From positions 41,530 through 105,529 of the forward strand of contig CAYPBQ010000003.1 of NCBI GenBank assembly GCA_964409035.1: a stretch of DNA of 64,000 bases. The letters are read 5' to 3'. Made by a program: the position numbers and the translations under genes. The notes under the pieces were generated by a model. The model ran no database searches. It had not been told where the DNA came from and saw only the letters and a list, made by a program, of their open reading frames with translations. Positions 48,215 through 57,692 of this stretch are shown in pieces. The stretch comes from an uncultured Candidatus Saccharibacteria bacterium (GTDB lineage Bacteria; Patescibacteriota; Minisyncoccia; Phycocordibacterales; UBA12088). Each line of letters starts with the position of its first letter. The first letter of the stretch is position 1.

Positions 48215-49474
48215 ATGAGACAAACAGCACTATTTACTAAAACAAGAAAAGAAGCACCAAAAGATGAGGTGTCAAAAAACGCTCAGTTGCTAATTCGCGC
48301 CGGGTTTATTCACAAAGAAATGGCAGGTGTATATTCACTCTTACCCCTTGGTCTTCGTACTTTTAACAAGGTATGCGACATTATTCGCGAAGAGATGAAT
48401 GCGATAGGAGGGCAAGAGCTTCACATGACCGCGCTGCAACACAAAGAGCTATGGGAGCAGACGAAGCGATGGGATGCTGATGTGTGGTTTAAAACTGCGC
48501 TTAAAAATGGTACCGAGCTTGGACTTGGTATCACACACGAAGAGCCAATAACCGCCATTATGCGTGATCATCTCAATTCATACAGAGATTTGCCACGCTA
48601 CCCATATCAAATTCAGTTAAAGTTCAGAAATGAAGAAAGGGCAAAAAGTGGTCTCATGAGAGGAAGAGAATTTTACATGAAGGACCTCTACTCATTTAGC
48701 AGATCAGACGAAGAGCACGAGCAGTTTTACGAAAAGGCAAAGATTGCCTACATGAACATATTTACCAGAGTTGGTATCGGCGAAAAGACCCATATCACTT
48801 TTGCTTCTGGCGGCATGTTTAGTAAATACAGTCATGAATTTCAAACAGAATCTGATGCGGGCGAGGATACAATATATATTGACGATGCATCAGGACTTGC
48901 AGTGAATGAAGAAGTAAATAATGACGAAGTGTTACAAGATCTTAAACTCTCACGAGCATCACTTAGACAAGCTAAGAGTATCGAGGTAGGAAACATATTC
49001 TCTCTTGGTACACGTTTTAGTGACGCGCTTAATCTCACCTATAAAGACGAAACTGGCAAAGAGCAAAAGCCAGTCATGGGATGCTATGGTATCGGGCCTA
49101 ATCGTTTAGTGGGTACTATCGCAGAATTACACAGTGATGAAAAAGGGTTGGTGTGGCCAAAAGGCGTTGCTCCATTTTTTGTGCACTTGGTGAGGGTGGG
49201 TGATGGAGACACCGAGGTAGCAACAGCTGATGCGCTGTATCATGAATTAACAGCTGCAGGCATAGAGACACTGTACGACGATAGAGCCACCTCTCCCGGA
49301 GAAAAATTTGCAGATAGTGATTTGTTTGGTATGCCGGTGAGGGTGGTGGTAAGCAAACGCACAATTGAAGCTAGTGCACATGAGGTGGTGTGGAGGAAGA
49401 GTGGAGCGGTTGAACATGTCGGAGCGGATTCCCTGATCAGTACTCTAAAAGCGGCACATGAAAAAATGGCATGA
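48215..49474 (+). CDS. proS: Proline--tRNA ligase (no editing domain)
   Basis: LLIRAGFI, THEE, KFRNEER, REFYMKDLYSF, MGCYGIG. Confidence 0.96.
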   Translation: MRQTALFTKTRKEAPKDEVSKNAQLLIRAGFIHKEMAGVYSLLPLGLRTFNKVCDIIREEMNAIGGQELHMTALQHKELWEQTKRWDADVWFKTALKNGTELGLGITHEEPITAIMRDHLNSYRDLPRYPYQIQLKFRNEERAKSGLMRGREFYMKDLYSFSRSDEEHEQFYEKAKIAYMNIFTRVGIGEKTHITFASGGMFSKYSHEFQTESDAGEDTIYIDDASGLAVNEEVNNDEVLQDLKLSRASLRQAKSIEVGNIFSLGTRFSDALNLTYKDETGKEQKPVMGCYGIGPNRLVGTIAELHSDEKGLVWPKGVAPFFVHLVRVGDGDTEVATADALYHELTAAGIETLYDDRATSPGEKFADSDLFGMPVRVVVSKRTIEASAHEVVWRKSGAVEHVGADSLISTLKAAHEKMA

Positions 49475-50510
49475 ACAATTCGGACGACTCTTTGCTAATG
49501 ACATAGGTATCGACTTAGGAACTGCTAATACCCTTGTTTATGTAAAAGGAAAGGGAGTGGTCCTCAATGAGCCTACCGTTGTTGCGATTAATACAAAGAC
49601 CGGTCAAGTGGTTGCGGTGGGTAAGCAAGCTCGTGACATGCTTGGCAGAACACCCGCACACATTCAGGCGGTACGGCCTCTTGTTGATGGGGTGATTTCT
49701 GATTTTGAAATCACCGAAGAAATGCTTTCGTATCTAATTAATAAAGCACAGGGTGATAAGAAAAGATTGCTAGGTCCACGAGTGGTTATTGGTGTGCCAA
49801 GCGGTATTACCAATGTAGAGACTCGCGCGGTAAGAGACGCTGCAAAGAGTGCCGGCGCTCGTGAGGTGCATATAGTAGAAGAGCCGATGGCGGCTGCAAT
49901 CGGTATTAAGCTACCAATCCGCGCCCCTATTGGAAGCATGATAATAGATATCGGTGGAGGAACAACAGATATAGCGGTGATTGCACTTGGCGGCATAGTA
50001 AAGAGTAAGAACCTACACATTGCCGGAGACAAGCTCGATACAGATATCATGTCATATATTCGTGGAGAGTTTAAAATTCTTATCGGAGAGAAAACCGCAG
50101 AAGAATTAAAACGAGCAGTGTGTTCAGTTGAAGAGGGTGGCGCACCACTTGAGAAACCAGTACGTGGTCGCGATCTTATAACTGGACTTCCACGAGAAGT
50201 AATTATTACTGACGCGGATATTCGAGAAGCTATCTCACATTCTGTTGATACTCTTGTTGACGGTATAAAAGAAGTACTTGAGACAACACCACCTGAAGTA
50301 CTTTCAGATGTGATGCAGCGTGGAGTACACCTTACTGGTGGGGGAGCATTGATTCGCGGGTTACCCGAAATGCTCGCTCAAATACTTAAGATGCCTATTT
50401 ACGTTGCGAGCGAACCGCTTACTGCAGTAGTGCGTGGCACCGGGATTATTCTTGAAGATATTGCCGCGTACACAGACGTATTACTAACCGATGAAGATGA
50501 ACTTTCGTAG
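49458..50510 (+). CDS. mreB: Rod shape-determining actin MreB (paralog 2, in mreBCD-pbp2 operon)
   Basis: GIDLGTAN, EEPMAAAIG, DIGGGTT, LTGGGAL. Confidence 0.96.
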   Translation: MKKWHEQFGRLFANDIGIDLGTANTLVYVKGKGVVLNEPTVVAINTKTGQVVAVGKQARDMLGRTPAHIQAVRPLVDGVISDFEITEEMLSYLINKAQGDKKRLLGPRVVIGVPSGITNVETRAVRDAAKSAGAREVHIVEEPMAAAIGIKLPIRAPIGSMIIDIGGGTTDIAVIALGGIVKSKNLHIAGDKLDTDIMSYIRGEFKILIGEKTAEELKRAVCSVEEGGAPLEKPVRGRDLITGLPREVIITDADIREAISHSVDTLVDGIKEVLETTPPEVLSDVMQRGVHLTGGGALIRGLPEMLAQILKMPIYVASEPLTAVVRGTGIILEDIAAYTDVLLTDEDELS

Positions 50511-51387
50511 AACATCACAGAAGAAAACATCAAGAACCAGGATACTGCTAGGTGTTCTATTTTTTCTTATTATTACGATTGTCCTTTTTAAGCCTACCGT
50601 ACCAGCATTTGTTGTTAGCTCTGTACACTTTGTCGCGACCCCTCTTATGGTAGGTACTCCGGCACTACACAGTGTTTCCGATACTGTTTCAAGTATATTT
50701 CACTCAAAAAAAGCATTACTCCAAAGAGTAGAAACTCTTGAACGTGAGCTACTCGAAAATGAATTGCGTAGTAAGACCGCGGAGGTTATTGAACAAAATT
50801 ACGAAACCCTTGGTGCGCTCATGGCGCGATCTCTGAATGAACATCTTATTGTTGCATCAGTACTATTGCGTCCTCCCCAAACAATATACGACACGCTCAT
50901 TATAGACGCAGGAAGTACAAATGGGGTAAAGAAGGACATGCTCGTACAATCAAGCGAAGGGGTTGTGCTCGGTACGGTAGTTAATGTATTTGATACTACA
51001 TCTGTTATTGAGCTGTTTTCATCACATGGTAGAGAAACGGTTGTTCATATAGGTAAGGAGCAAATTGAAATGATCGCTAAAGGTAGAGGGGGAGGTAATT
51101 TTGAGGCTGAAGCGCCCCGCACTATTCCTATAGCAGAGGGTGATATTGTGGTGCTTCCTGGATTTTCACCTAAGACATTTGCGGTGGTAGAGGAGATAAT
51201 CATGCGCCCATCTGATGCATTTCAGCGCATCCTATTCAAGAATCCAAGTAATCTTTTTGAAATTAGAATGGTAGGAGTAATAGATGAGGTGACTAAGCAG
51301 CCCCATGACGACCTGCCAGGCGTTGTTATAGATGAGAGTGTTTCAAGTACCACGTCTGAATATGCAACAAGCACAAGTAATCAATAG
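50491..51387 (+). CDS. mreC: Rod shape-determining protein MreC
   Basis: TM + coiled coil + IIDAGSTNGV; position after mreB. Confidence 0.88.
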   Translation: MKMNFRRTSQKKTSRTRILLGVLFFLIITIVLFKPTVPAFVVSSVHFVATPLMVGTPALHSVSDTVSSIFHSKKALLQRVETLERELLENELRSKTAEVIEQNYETLGALMARSLNEHLIVASVLLRPPQTIYDTLIIDAGSTNGVKKDMLVQSSEGVVLGTVVNVFDTTSVIELFSSHGRETVVHIGKEQIEMIAKGRGGGNFEAEAPRTIPIAEGDIVVLPGFSPKTFAVVEEIIMRPSDAFQRILFKNPSNLFEIRMVGVIDEVTKQPHDDLPGVVIDESVSSTTSEYATSTSNQ

Positions 51388-51399
51388 TAAGATTCACGT

Positions 51400-51657
51400 A
51401 TGATTCGCATTGCGGCTCTTATTGTGGTTGTCATCTCTTTTCTTACGTTTCCATTTTGGATTACGTTACTAGTCGGTGTTGGGTATACACTCTATTACCA
51501 ATCTCCAGAAGTCATGGCGGTAGGAATTTTTTTTGATGCGCTTACTATTACTGGTGATGGGGTGCATGGGTTCACATTCTTCTTCACTATCATATTTGCA
51601 ATTACCTACTTTCTTACGCTGCTATTGCGTGAGAGATTTGTTGGTTATACATCGTAA
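51400..51657 (+). CDS. Small membrane protein, MreD-like by position
   Basis: Hydrophobic 85 aa with GIFFD; lies between mreC and PBP2. Confidence 0.55.
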   Translation: MIRIAALIVVVISFLTFPFWITLLVGVGYTLYYQSPEVMAVGIFFDALTITGDGVHGFTFFFTIIFAITYFLTLLLRERFVGYTS

Positions 51658-51659
51658 TC

Positions 51660-53336
51660 ATGAAAAGCAATAAGAAAAATAGCACATATTCTGATATTGC
51701 TCCTGATGAGATATTCATTGATGCAAGCAATTTGCCACTGTTTGATACGTATCAATTTGAGGGAAATATTGAAAAACCGATACGAAAGCAATCGCTCTAC
51801 TATTTTGGCGCGGTGGCGATTCTTATACTGCTCGCATTTATTGGTAAGGCAGGAATGCTACAAATTGCAAAAGGCGAAGAGTACCTATCTATTGCAGAAC
51901 AAAATCGTCTGGATAAATCAATTATCTTTGCTGACCGTGGTGTACTCTATGATAGAAATAATGTGCTTCTTGCGTGGAATGAAGCAGGTAGCGATGAGTA
52001 TGCAGTACGTACGTATACTAACCTTGCAGGTTTTTCCCATGTGCTTGGTTATGTTACGTCTCCAAAAAAGGATAAGTATGGAGAATTTTTTAAATATACG
52101 TATGACGGAGTCGCGGGTGCTGAGCGACTTTACAATGATCAGCTCTTAGGAGAAAACGGACTCACGTTATTTGAGACAAACGCACAAGGGGAGCGTGAAT
52201 CTGAATATTCTGTAGCGCCGCCAAAAGACGGCACCAATCTAGTCCTATCTATTGATAGCAGGTTACAGGAGAAGCTACACTCACTGATTGAATACACTGC
52301 TAGCGAGCGTGGGTTTAGTGGAGGAGCAGGAGTCATCATGGATGTGACCACAGGAGAAATACTCTCATTGGTAAGTTACCCTGAGTACAGTAGCAATGCT
52401 CTTTCAACAGGTGATACAAAGAGTATCCAATCACTACTTGATAATGAGCAAAAGCCATTTCTCAATAGAGCAATTTCAGGATTGTACGCACCAGGATCGA
52501 TTGTAAAACCATATATGGCAGCAGCTGCTTTAACTGAAGGCACGATCACAGCAAATACCGTGGTGCATAGTACTGGTAAATTGATTATTCCTAATCCGTA
52601 TTTTCCCGATCAACCTACCGTATATTCAGACTGGGGTGTTCCAGCGCATGGTGACAACGAGGTAACTCGTGCACTGGCTATATCATCGAATGTCTTTTTT
52701 CTTTCTGTGGGAGGTGGCGCTAATGGAATTACTGGTCTGGGTATAGAACGAATTGAAAAGTATGTCAGAATGTTCGGCTTCGGCTCTCCTGCTGGTTTGC
52801 CACTTTCTGAAGAGGTGAGCGGCACAATACCATCACCGGCATGGAAGAAAGAAGCTTTCGACTCCGAGTGGCGACTTGGTGATACGTATCTTACATCTAT
52901 TGGACAATATGGATTTCAAGTATCCCCACTCCAAGTTGCGCGAGCGGTAGGTGGTGTTGCCTCTGGTACATTAGTGACACCAGTACTAATAAAAGGAAGC
53001 ACAAGCGCAAGTAGTACGTTACCTATTTCAGAAAATGACTTTGCATTGGTACGTAAGGGTATGCGAAGAGCGGTACTAGAAGGAACTGCGGGTGGATTAA
53101 ATGTTCCGTACGTTGCCGTTGCCGCAAAAACAGGTACTGCAGAGCTTGGTGTATCAAAAGCAAATGTTAATTCATGGGTGACTGGGTTCTTTCCGTATGA
53201 AAAACCTCGATATGCCTTTGTTGTACTCATGGAGAGGGGTCCACGCTCAAATACTATTGGAGGAGTGTATGTGATGCGCGGTCTACTAGACTGGATGCAC
53301 ATAAATACACCTGAATATTTTGTTGCTGAGCCTTGA
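51660..53336 (+). CDS. mrdA: Penicillin-binding protein 2 (class B transpeptidase)
   Basis: RGVLYDRN, PGSIVK (SxxK), SSN (SxN), KTG. Confidence 0.92.
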   Translation: MKSNKKNSTYSDIAPDEIFIDASNLPLFDTYQFEGNIEKPIRKQSLYYFGAVAILILLAFIGKAGMLQIAKGEEYLSIAEQNRLDKSIIFADRGVLYDRNNVLLAWNEAGSDEYAVRTYTNLAGFSHVLGYVTSPKKDKYGEFFKYTYDGVAGAERLYNDQLLGENGLTLFETNAQGERESEYSVAPPKDGTNLVLSIDSRLQEKLHSLIEYTASERGFSGGAGVIMDVTTGEILSLVSYPEYSSNALSTGDTKSIQSLLDNEQKPFLNRAISGLYAPGSIVKPYMAAAALTEGTITANTVVHSTGKLIIPNPYFPDQPTVYSDWGVPAHGDNEVTRALAISSNVFFLSVGGGANGITGLGIERIEKYVRMFGFGSPAGLPLSEEVSGTIPSPAWKKEAFDSEWRLGDTYLTSIGQYGFQVSPLQVARAVGGVASGTLVTPVLIKGSTSASSTLPISENDFALVRKGMRRAVLEGTAGGLNVPYVAVAAKTGTAELGVSKANVNSWVTGFFPYEKPRYAFVVLMERGPRSNTIGGVYVMRGLLDWMHINTPEYFVAEP

Positions 53337-53400
53337 AATGTGTGCCATTGCTCTGATTTCTAAATACGGTATACTATTCACCACAACTATTACATAACAT

Positions 53401-53862
53401 ATGAAGCAAGAATATCTTTCACAAGAAAAATTTGATGAGCTGAAAAGCGAGCTAGATTACCTTAAAACGGTAAAACGAAAGGAGATCGCGGACAACCTCG
53501 AGTATGCAAGATCGCTTGGTGACCTTTCTGAAAACGCCGAGTATCAAGAGGCGCGCGAGCTACAAGCTTCAACTGAAGAGCGAATAAAAAAGATTGAAAG
53601 CATTCTCCAAAATGCACGCATTGTCTCACATACCAAAACTGACTCAGTTACTCTTGGCTCTGTTGTAACCATACAAAAAGACGGAGAGAAAGAAACCCAC
53701 CGCTATGAAATAGTAGGGAGTGAGGAGGCAAATATGATTGAAAGAAAGATATCTCACCAGTCACCACTTGGTGATGCACTCATGGGTAAAAAGAAGAAAG
53801 ATGCATTTGAATTTGAAACACCAAACGGCAAAATGAAGTATCGAATTGTGGATGTTGAATAA
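53401..53862 (+). CDS. greA: Transcription elongation factor GreA
   Basis: GDLSENAEY, ISHQSPLG. Confidence 0.97.
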   Translation: MKQEYLSQEKFDELKSELDYLKTVKRKEIADNLEYARSLGDLSENAEYQEARELQASTEERIKKIESILQNARIVSHTKTDSVTLGSVVTIQKDGEKETHRYEIVGSEEANMIERKISHQSPLGDALMGKKKKDAFEFETPNGKMKYRIVDVE

Positions 53863-53921
53863 TATTGACATTCTAGAGTATTGTTGTATGCTCCACTGAG
53901 CAAAAGAATGGGGGTGCTTGC

Positions 53922-54395
53922 ATGGAAAATCCGCTTGGGTTAGTGCTTGACTCTTCAATCCATCTAGAATTAAGGGATGGAAGAAGAAAGTGGGATCGAC
54001 CCACCTGGAGAAGATATGCAAATAGAACATTCAAAATATCTTTTCCTGAGATAGAACATAGGACCAATTGCAAGAATAAAAGCATTACTTTGTCACTATA
54101 CAAGCCGCAACCATCATCTAGGCCGTTCCGTGTAAATGCCCTAAAAAAGAACTTTGCATCTTTGAAGTATCTTCATTCCACGACTCTAGAGCTCGCACTG
54201 GAGTCATTGTTTGAAGATGTCATACCACGTCAGGATGGCGCACTCAAAACGGAATTTGTTTATGTTATCTTTGCATTTAACAGAGGTAACAGAACTATTC
54301 CGGTAAGTATTTCATGGAATAGAAAATGGAGTGTTGGAATAATGGCATTCTCTGATTGGTGTGCTGCTTCCACGATGTTGATGGTGCTCAAATGA
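53922..54395 (+). CDS. Hypothetical protein
   Basis: 157-aa ORF filling the greA-lysS gap, downstream of TTGACA-N16-TATGCT. Confidence 0.5.
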   Translation: MENPLGLVLDSSIHLELRDGRRKWDRPTWRRYANRTFKISFPEIEHRTNCKNKSITLSLYKPQPSSRPFRVNALKKNFASLKYLHSTTLELALESLFEDVIPRQDGALKTEFVYVIFAFNRGNRTIPVSISWNRKWSVGIMAFSDWCAASTMLMVLK

Positions 54396-54447
54396 GCACC
54401 ATCTTTTTTTATTGAAAAAAGCCTAGATATTGATACGATAGGGATAC

Positions 54448-55911
54448 ATGGCATCTATAGACGACATTCGCGCTGAGCGCATAAAAAAGCTAGACCTACT
54501 TCAAGCGGCAGGTATGGACGCGTATCCCGCAACCACAAACCGTACTCATAGTATTAGCACCATTCGTACAGCATTTGATGACTTCTCACACTCAAGTAGC
54601 GAAGTCACCCTCGTCGGGAGAGTGCGTTCATTCAGACAGCACGGGGGAGTTATATTTGCAGATATTTTTGATGGCACGGCAACCATTCAGGTTATTTTTA
54701 AAAAAGACACAATTGGTGATGAGTTGTTTACACTGCTTATTGATGCGGTAGATGCAAGTGATTTTATTGAGGTTACCGGTACTATCGCGCTTTCTAAAAC
54801 AAATCAAGAATCAATTCTTGCTAGCACATGGCGCATGCTCGCAAAAAGTATTCGTCCAGTTCCTGATGAGTGGTTTGGTATTAAAGATGAGGATGAACGG
54901 TACCGAAAGCGTTACCTTGATATGCTGCTTAATGAAGATACACGAGCAATTGTTTACAAGCGAGCATTGTTTTGGAAAACTATCAGAAACTTTTTAGAGG
55001 AGCGAGAGTACATCGCAGTAGAGACTCCCGTCCTTGAGAATACTACAGGCGGAGCTGATGCACGACCGTTTGTTACTCACCACAATGCGCTTGATATGGA
55101 TGTATATCTACGCATCTCTGCGGGGGAGTTGTGGCAGAAAAAGCTAATGGTAGCTGGTATACCAAAAGTGTACGAAATAGGAAGAATTTTTAGGAATGAA
55201 GGCATGTCTGCCGAGCATCTTCAAGACTATACCCAGATGGAGTGCTATGAGGCGTACAGTGACTATCACAAGGGCATGGAGATGATTAAAGAGATGTATC
55301 AAAGAATCGCAAAGGATGTATTTGGGACAAGTATATTTACAATTCATGGACACACAGTAAATCTAGAGAGTGAGTGGACTACCTATAATTTTTGCGATCT
55401 CATAAAAGAGCACTACAGCATTGATCCACTCGCTACCACTGTAGAGGCAGTAGAAGAAGCGCTCACAAAGAACAATATCTCTTATGAAAAGAAAGAGATA
55501 AGTATAGAGCGAGGTGTTGATCTGCTTTGGAAAAAAATTCGAAAAGAGATTACTGGACCTGGATTTTTAATTGGTATACCTGTTTACCTTGAGCCGCTAG
55601 CAAAAAAATCTTCAGACGATGCACGTGTTGTTGAACGATTTCAAATAGTACTTGCGGGTAGCGAAGTAGGTAAGGGGTTTTCAGAACTTAATAACCCTAT
55701 TGATCAAGCAGAGCGTTTTGCGCAACAACAAGCTCTACGAGATAACGGAGATGGCGAGGCACAGATGGCCGATTGGGAATATGTTGAAGCGATGGAGTAT
55801 GGTATGCCACCAACATTTGGCTTTGGAGTGAGCGAACGACTCTTTGCGTTTTTGATGGATAAGCCTGTTCGTGAGACGCAGCTCTTTCCTTTAATGCGAC
55901 CAAGAGAATAA
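54448..55911 (+). CDS. lysS: Lysine--tRNA ligase class II
   Basis: RYRKRYLD, GGADARPF, FRNEG, YGMPPTFGFG. Confidence 0.97.
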   Translation: MASIDDIRAERIKKLDLLQAAGMDAYPATTNRTHSISTIRTAFDDFSHSSSEVTLVGRVRSFRQHGGVIFADIFDGTATIQVIFKKDTIGDELFTLLIDAVDASDFIEVTGTIALSKTNQESILASTWRMLAKSIRPVPDEWFGIKDEDERYRKRYLDMLLNEDTRAIVYKRALFWKTIRNFLEEREYIAVETPVLENTTGGADARPFVTHHNALDMDVYLRISAGELWQKKLMVAGIPKVYEIGRIFRNEGMSAEHLQDYTQMECYEAYSDYHKGMEMIKEMYQRIAKDVFGTSIFTIHGHTVNLESEWTTYNFCDLIKEHYSIDPLATTVEAVEEALTKNNISYEKKEISIERGVDLLWKKIRKEITGPGFLIGIPVYLEPLAKKSSDDARVVERFQIVLAGSEVGKGFSELNNPIDQAERFAQQQALRDNGDGEAQMADWEYVEAMEYGMPPTFGFGVSERLFAFLMDKPVRETQLFPLMRPRE

Positions 55912-55938
55912 ACACTCATAACGCTTTCTTTTGACAAC

Positions 55939-55964
55939 ACACCCCGAACATTGCGGGGTGTTTT
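55939..55964 (+). terminator. lysS terminator
   Basis: ACACCCCG-AACATTG-CGGGGTGT-TTT. Confidence 0.7.
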
Positions 55965-55966
55965 GT

Positions 55967-56032
55967 TGTGGATAACATTTACCAGCAAGTGGGATAAAGT
56001 GTTGTATTATACATGAGCAGTGGGATAAAGTG
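55967..56032 (+). promoter_or_regulatory. mraZ promoter: GTGG-type MraZ operator repeats and reverse TTATCCACA box
   Basis: AGTGGGATAAAGTG direct repeat at 55988 and 56019; TGTGGATAA at 55967-55975. Confidence 0.7.
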
Positions 56033-56046
56033 GTATATCGAGAAAC

Positions 56047-56481
56047 ATGCTGATAGGAGAATACATTCACACACTCGACCCCAAAAAGCGTTTATCGCTC
56101 CCTGCTAAGTTTAGAAAAGAACTTGGAAAAGGAGTGGTAGTAACAAGAGGGCTCGATCACTGCTTGTGGGTGTACTCAACTAAAGAGTGGCATGCGATAG
56201 CTACACGACTTGCTGCACTGCCTATAGGGCAGGCTGATACAAGAGGGTTTGCACGGTTTATGTTTTCGGGTGCTACCGAGGTAGACATAGACAGTGCAGG
56301 GAGAATGCTCATTCCTGACTTTCTCAAAACATTTGCGGGCCTAGAGAGCAAGGTAGTACTTGCAGGTGCGCAAACACGAATCGAGATATGGAACGAAGCA
56401 TCGTGGGAAGAGTACAAAAAGCGTATCGAATCTCAAGCGGATGTAATGGCAGAAAAACTTGGTGAGATAGGCATTGTATGA
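56047..56481 (+). CDS. mraZ: Transcriptional regulator MraZ
   Basis: LDPKKRLSLPAKFR, DSAGRMLIP. Confidence 0.96.
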   Translation: MLIGEYIHTLDPKKRLSLPAKFRKELGKGVVVTRGLDHCLWVYSTKEWHAIATRLAALPIGQADTRGFARFMFSGATEVDIDSAGRMLIPDFLKTFAGLESKVVLAGAQTRIEIWNEASWEEYKKRIESQADVMAEKLGEIGIV

Positions 56482-57374
56482 CCACCCACATTCCAGTTCT
56501 TCGTAATGAAGTAATAGAAGCGCTACTCATCAATGACACTGATGTTGTGGTAGATGCTACCCTTGGCGGAGCCGGATATGCCAAAGAGATAGTTGGCAAA
56601 CTCTCTGACAAAGGCGTGCTTGTCGGCATTGATGCTGATGCACACGCAATTGCTCGCGCGCAAAAAGCGCTACAAGGAACAGCAGCAACCACCTATCTTG
56701 TTAACACTAATTTTAGACACATTGGTGTAGTACTTGATGAGCTTCACGTTGGCACGGCAAATAAATTTGTCTTTGATCTGGGGCTATCATCATATCAACT
56801 TGATGATGGAGACAGAGGGTTTACCTTTCAAAAGGATGAACCGCTTATCATGACATTTGCCACCGAGACACTACCTCATGAAAGGACCGCACGAGACATT
56901 GTAAATGAGGATACTGTTGAGGCGCTCACCACCATGCTCTTTACGTATGGAGATGAAAAGTACGCTCGACGAATCGCAAAAGCGATTGTAGAGCAACGTG
57001 AAATAGCACCAATAGAAACTACCGGTGATTTGGTAGCGATTATTGAAAAGGCGGTTCCTGTTGTGTACAAAAAGCAGCGCACACATCCAGCCACGCGGAC
57101 ATTTCAGGCACTAAGAATTGCAGTTAATGAAGAATACGATGCGCTTACAGAGGCGCTCACAACAGCAATACAGAGACTAGCAAGTAAAGGAAGAATAGCA
57201 GTTGTAAGCTTTCATAGCGGAGAAGACAGAATTGTAAAAACGATTTTTCGGGAGGCGGCACAAATGGGTAGTGGGGTGCGTGTAACTAAAAAGCCAATTG
57301 TGCCGCGCCCCGAGGAAATCGAATACAATCCTCGTTCAAGAAGCGCAAAGTTAAGAGTATTTGAAGCACTATGA
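56478..57374 (+). CDS. rsmH: 16S rRNA m4C1402 methyltransferase
   Basis: HIPVL, DATLGGAG, DLGLSSYQLD, FQALRIAVN, NPRSRSAKLR. Confidence 0.97.
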   Translation: MTTHIPVLRNEVIEALLINDTDVVVDATLGGAGYAKEIVGKLSDKGVLVGIDADAHAIARAQKALQGTAATTYLVNTNFRHIGVVLDELHVGTANKFVFDLGLSSYQLDDGDRGFTFQKDEPLIMTFATETLPHERTARDIVNEDTVEALTTMLFTYGDEKYARRIAKAIVEQREIAPIETTGDLVAIIEKAVPVVYKKQRTHPATRTFQALRIAVNEEYDALTEALTTAIQRLASKGRIAVVSFHSGEDRIVKTIFREAAQMGSGVRVTKKPIVPRPEEIEYNPRSRSAKLRVFEAL

Positions 57375-57682
57375 ATAGACGAGTAACATCATTATTTTTA
57401 TACACAGACGAAAAGGCGGTATACACCTCTTTGGTGCTTTGCCTTATGTGCTTTTTTGCATACATTTATTTTGTAAGTGTATCTATTGTTGAGGTGGTAA
57501 TGCGCGAAGAGTTGGTAGAAAAGGTAGGAGAGGTTGCAACGGGTATTTCAGTACGTGAATCAGAGTATATCTCTCTTAAAGCTTCTATTAATGAAGTAGA
57601 AATGGAGAGGATGGGACTTGCATCACTTTCAGGAAAGACATATGTCACTGTACCAGTGGCGTCACTGTCACTTAATCAGTAA
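57371..57682 (+). CDS. FtsL-like cell division protein (by position and topology)
   Basis: TM followed by coiled coil, between rsmH and ftsI. Confidence 0.6.
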   Translation: MNRRVTSLFLYTDEKAVYTSLVLCLMCFFAYIYFVSVSIVEVVMREELVEKVGEVATGISVRESEYISLKASINEVEMERMGLASLSGKTYVTVPVASLSLNQ

Positions 57683-57692
57683 TTAGTGTGAC

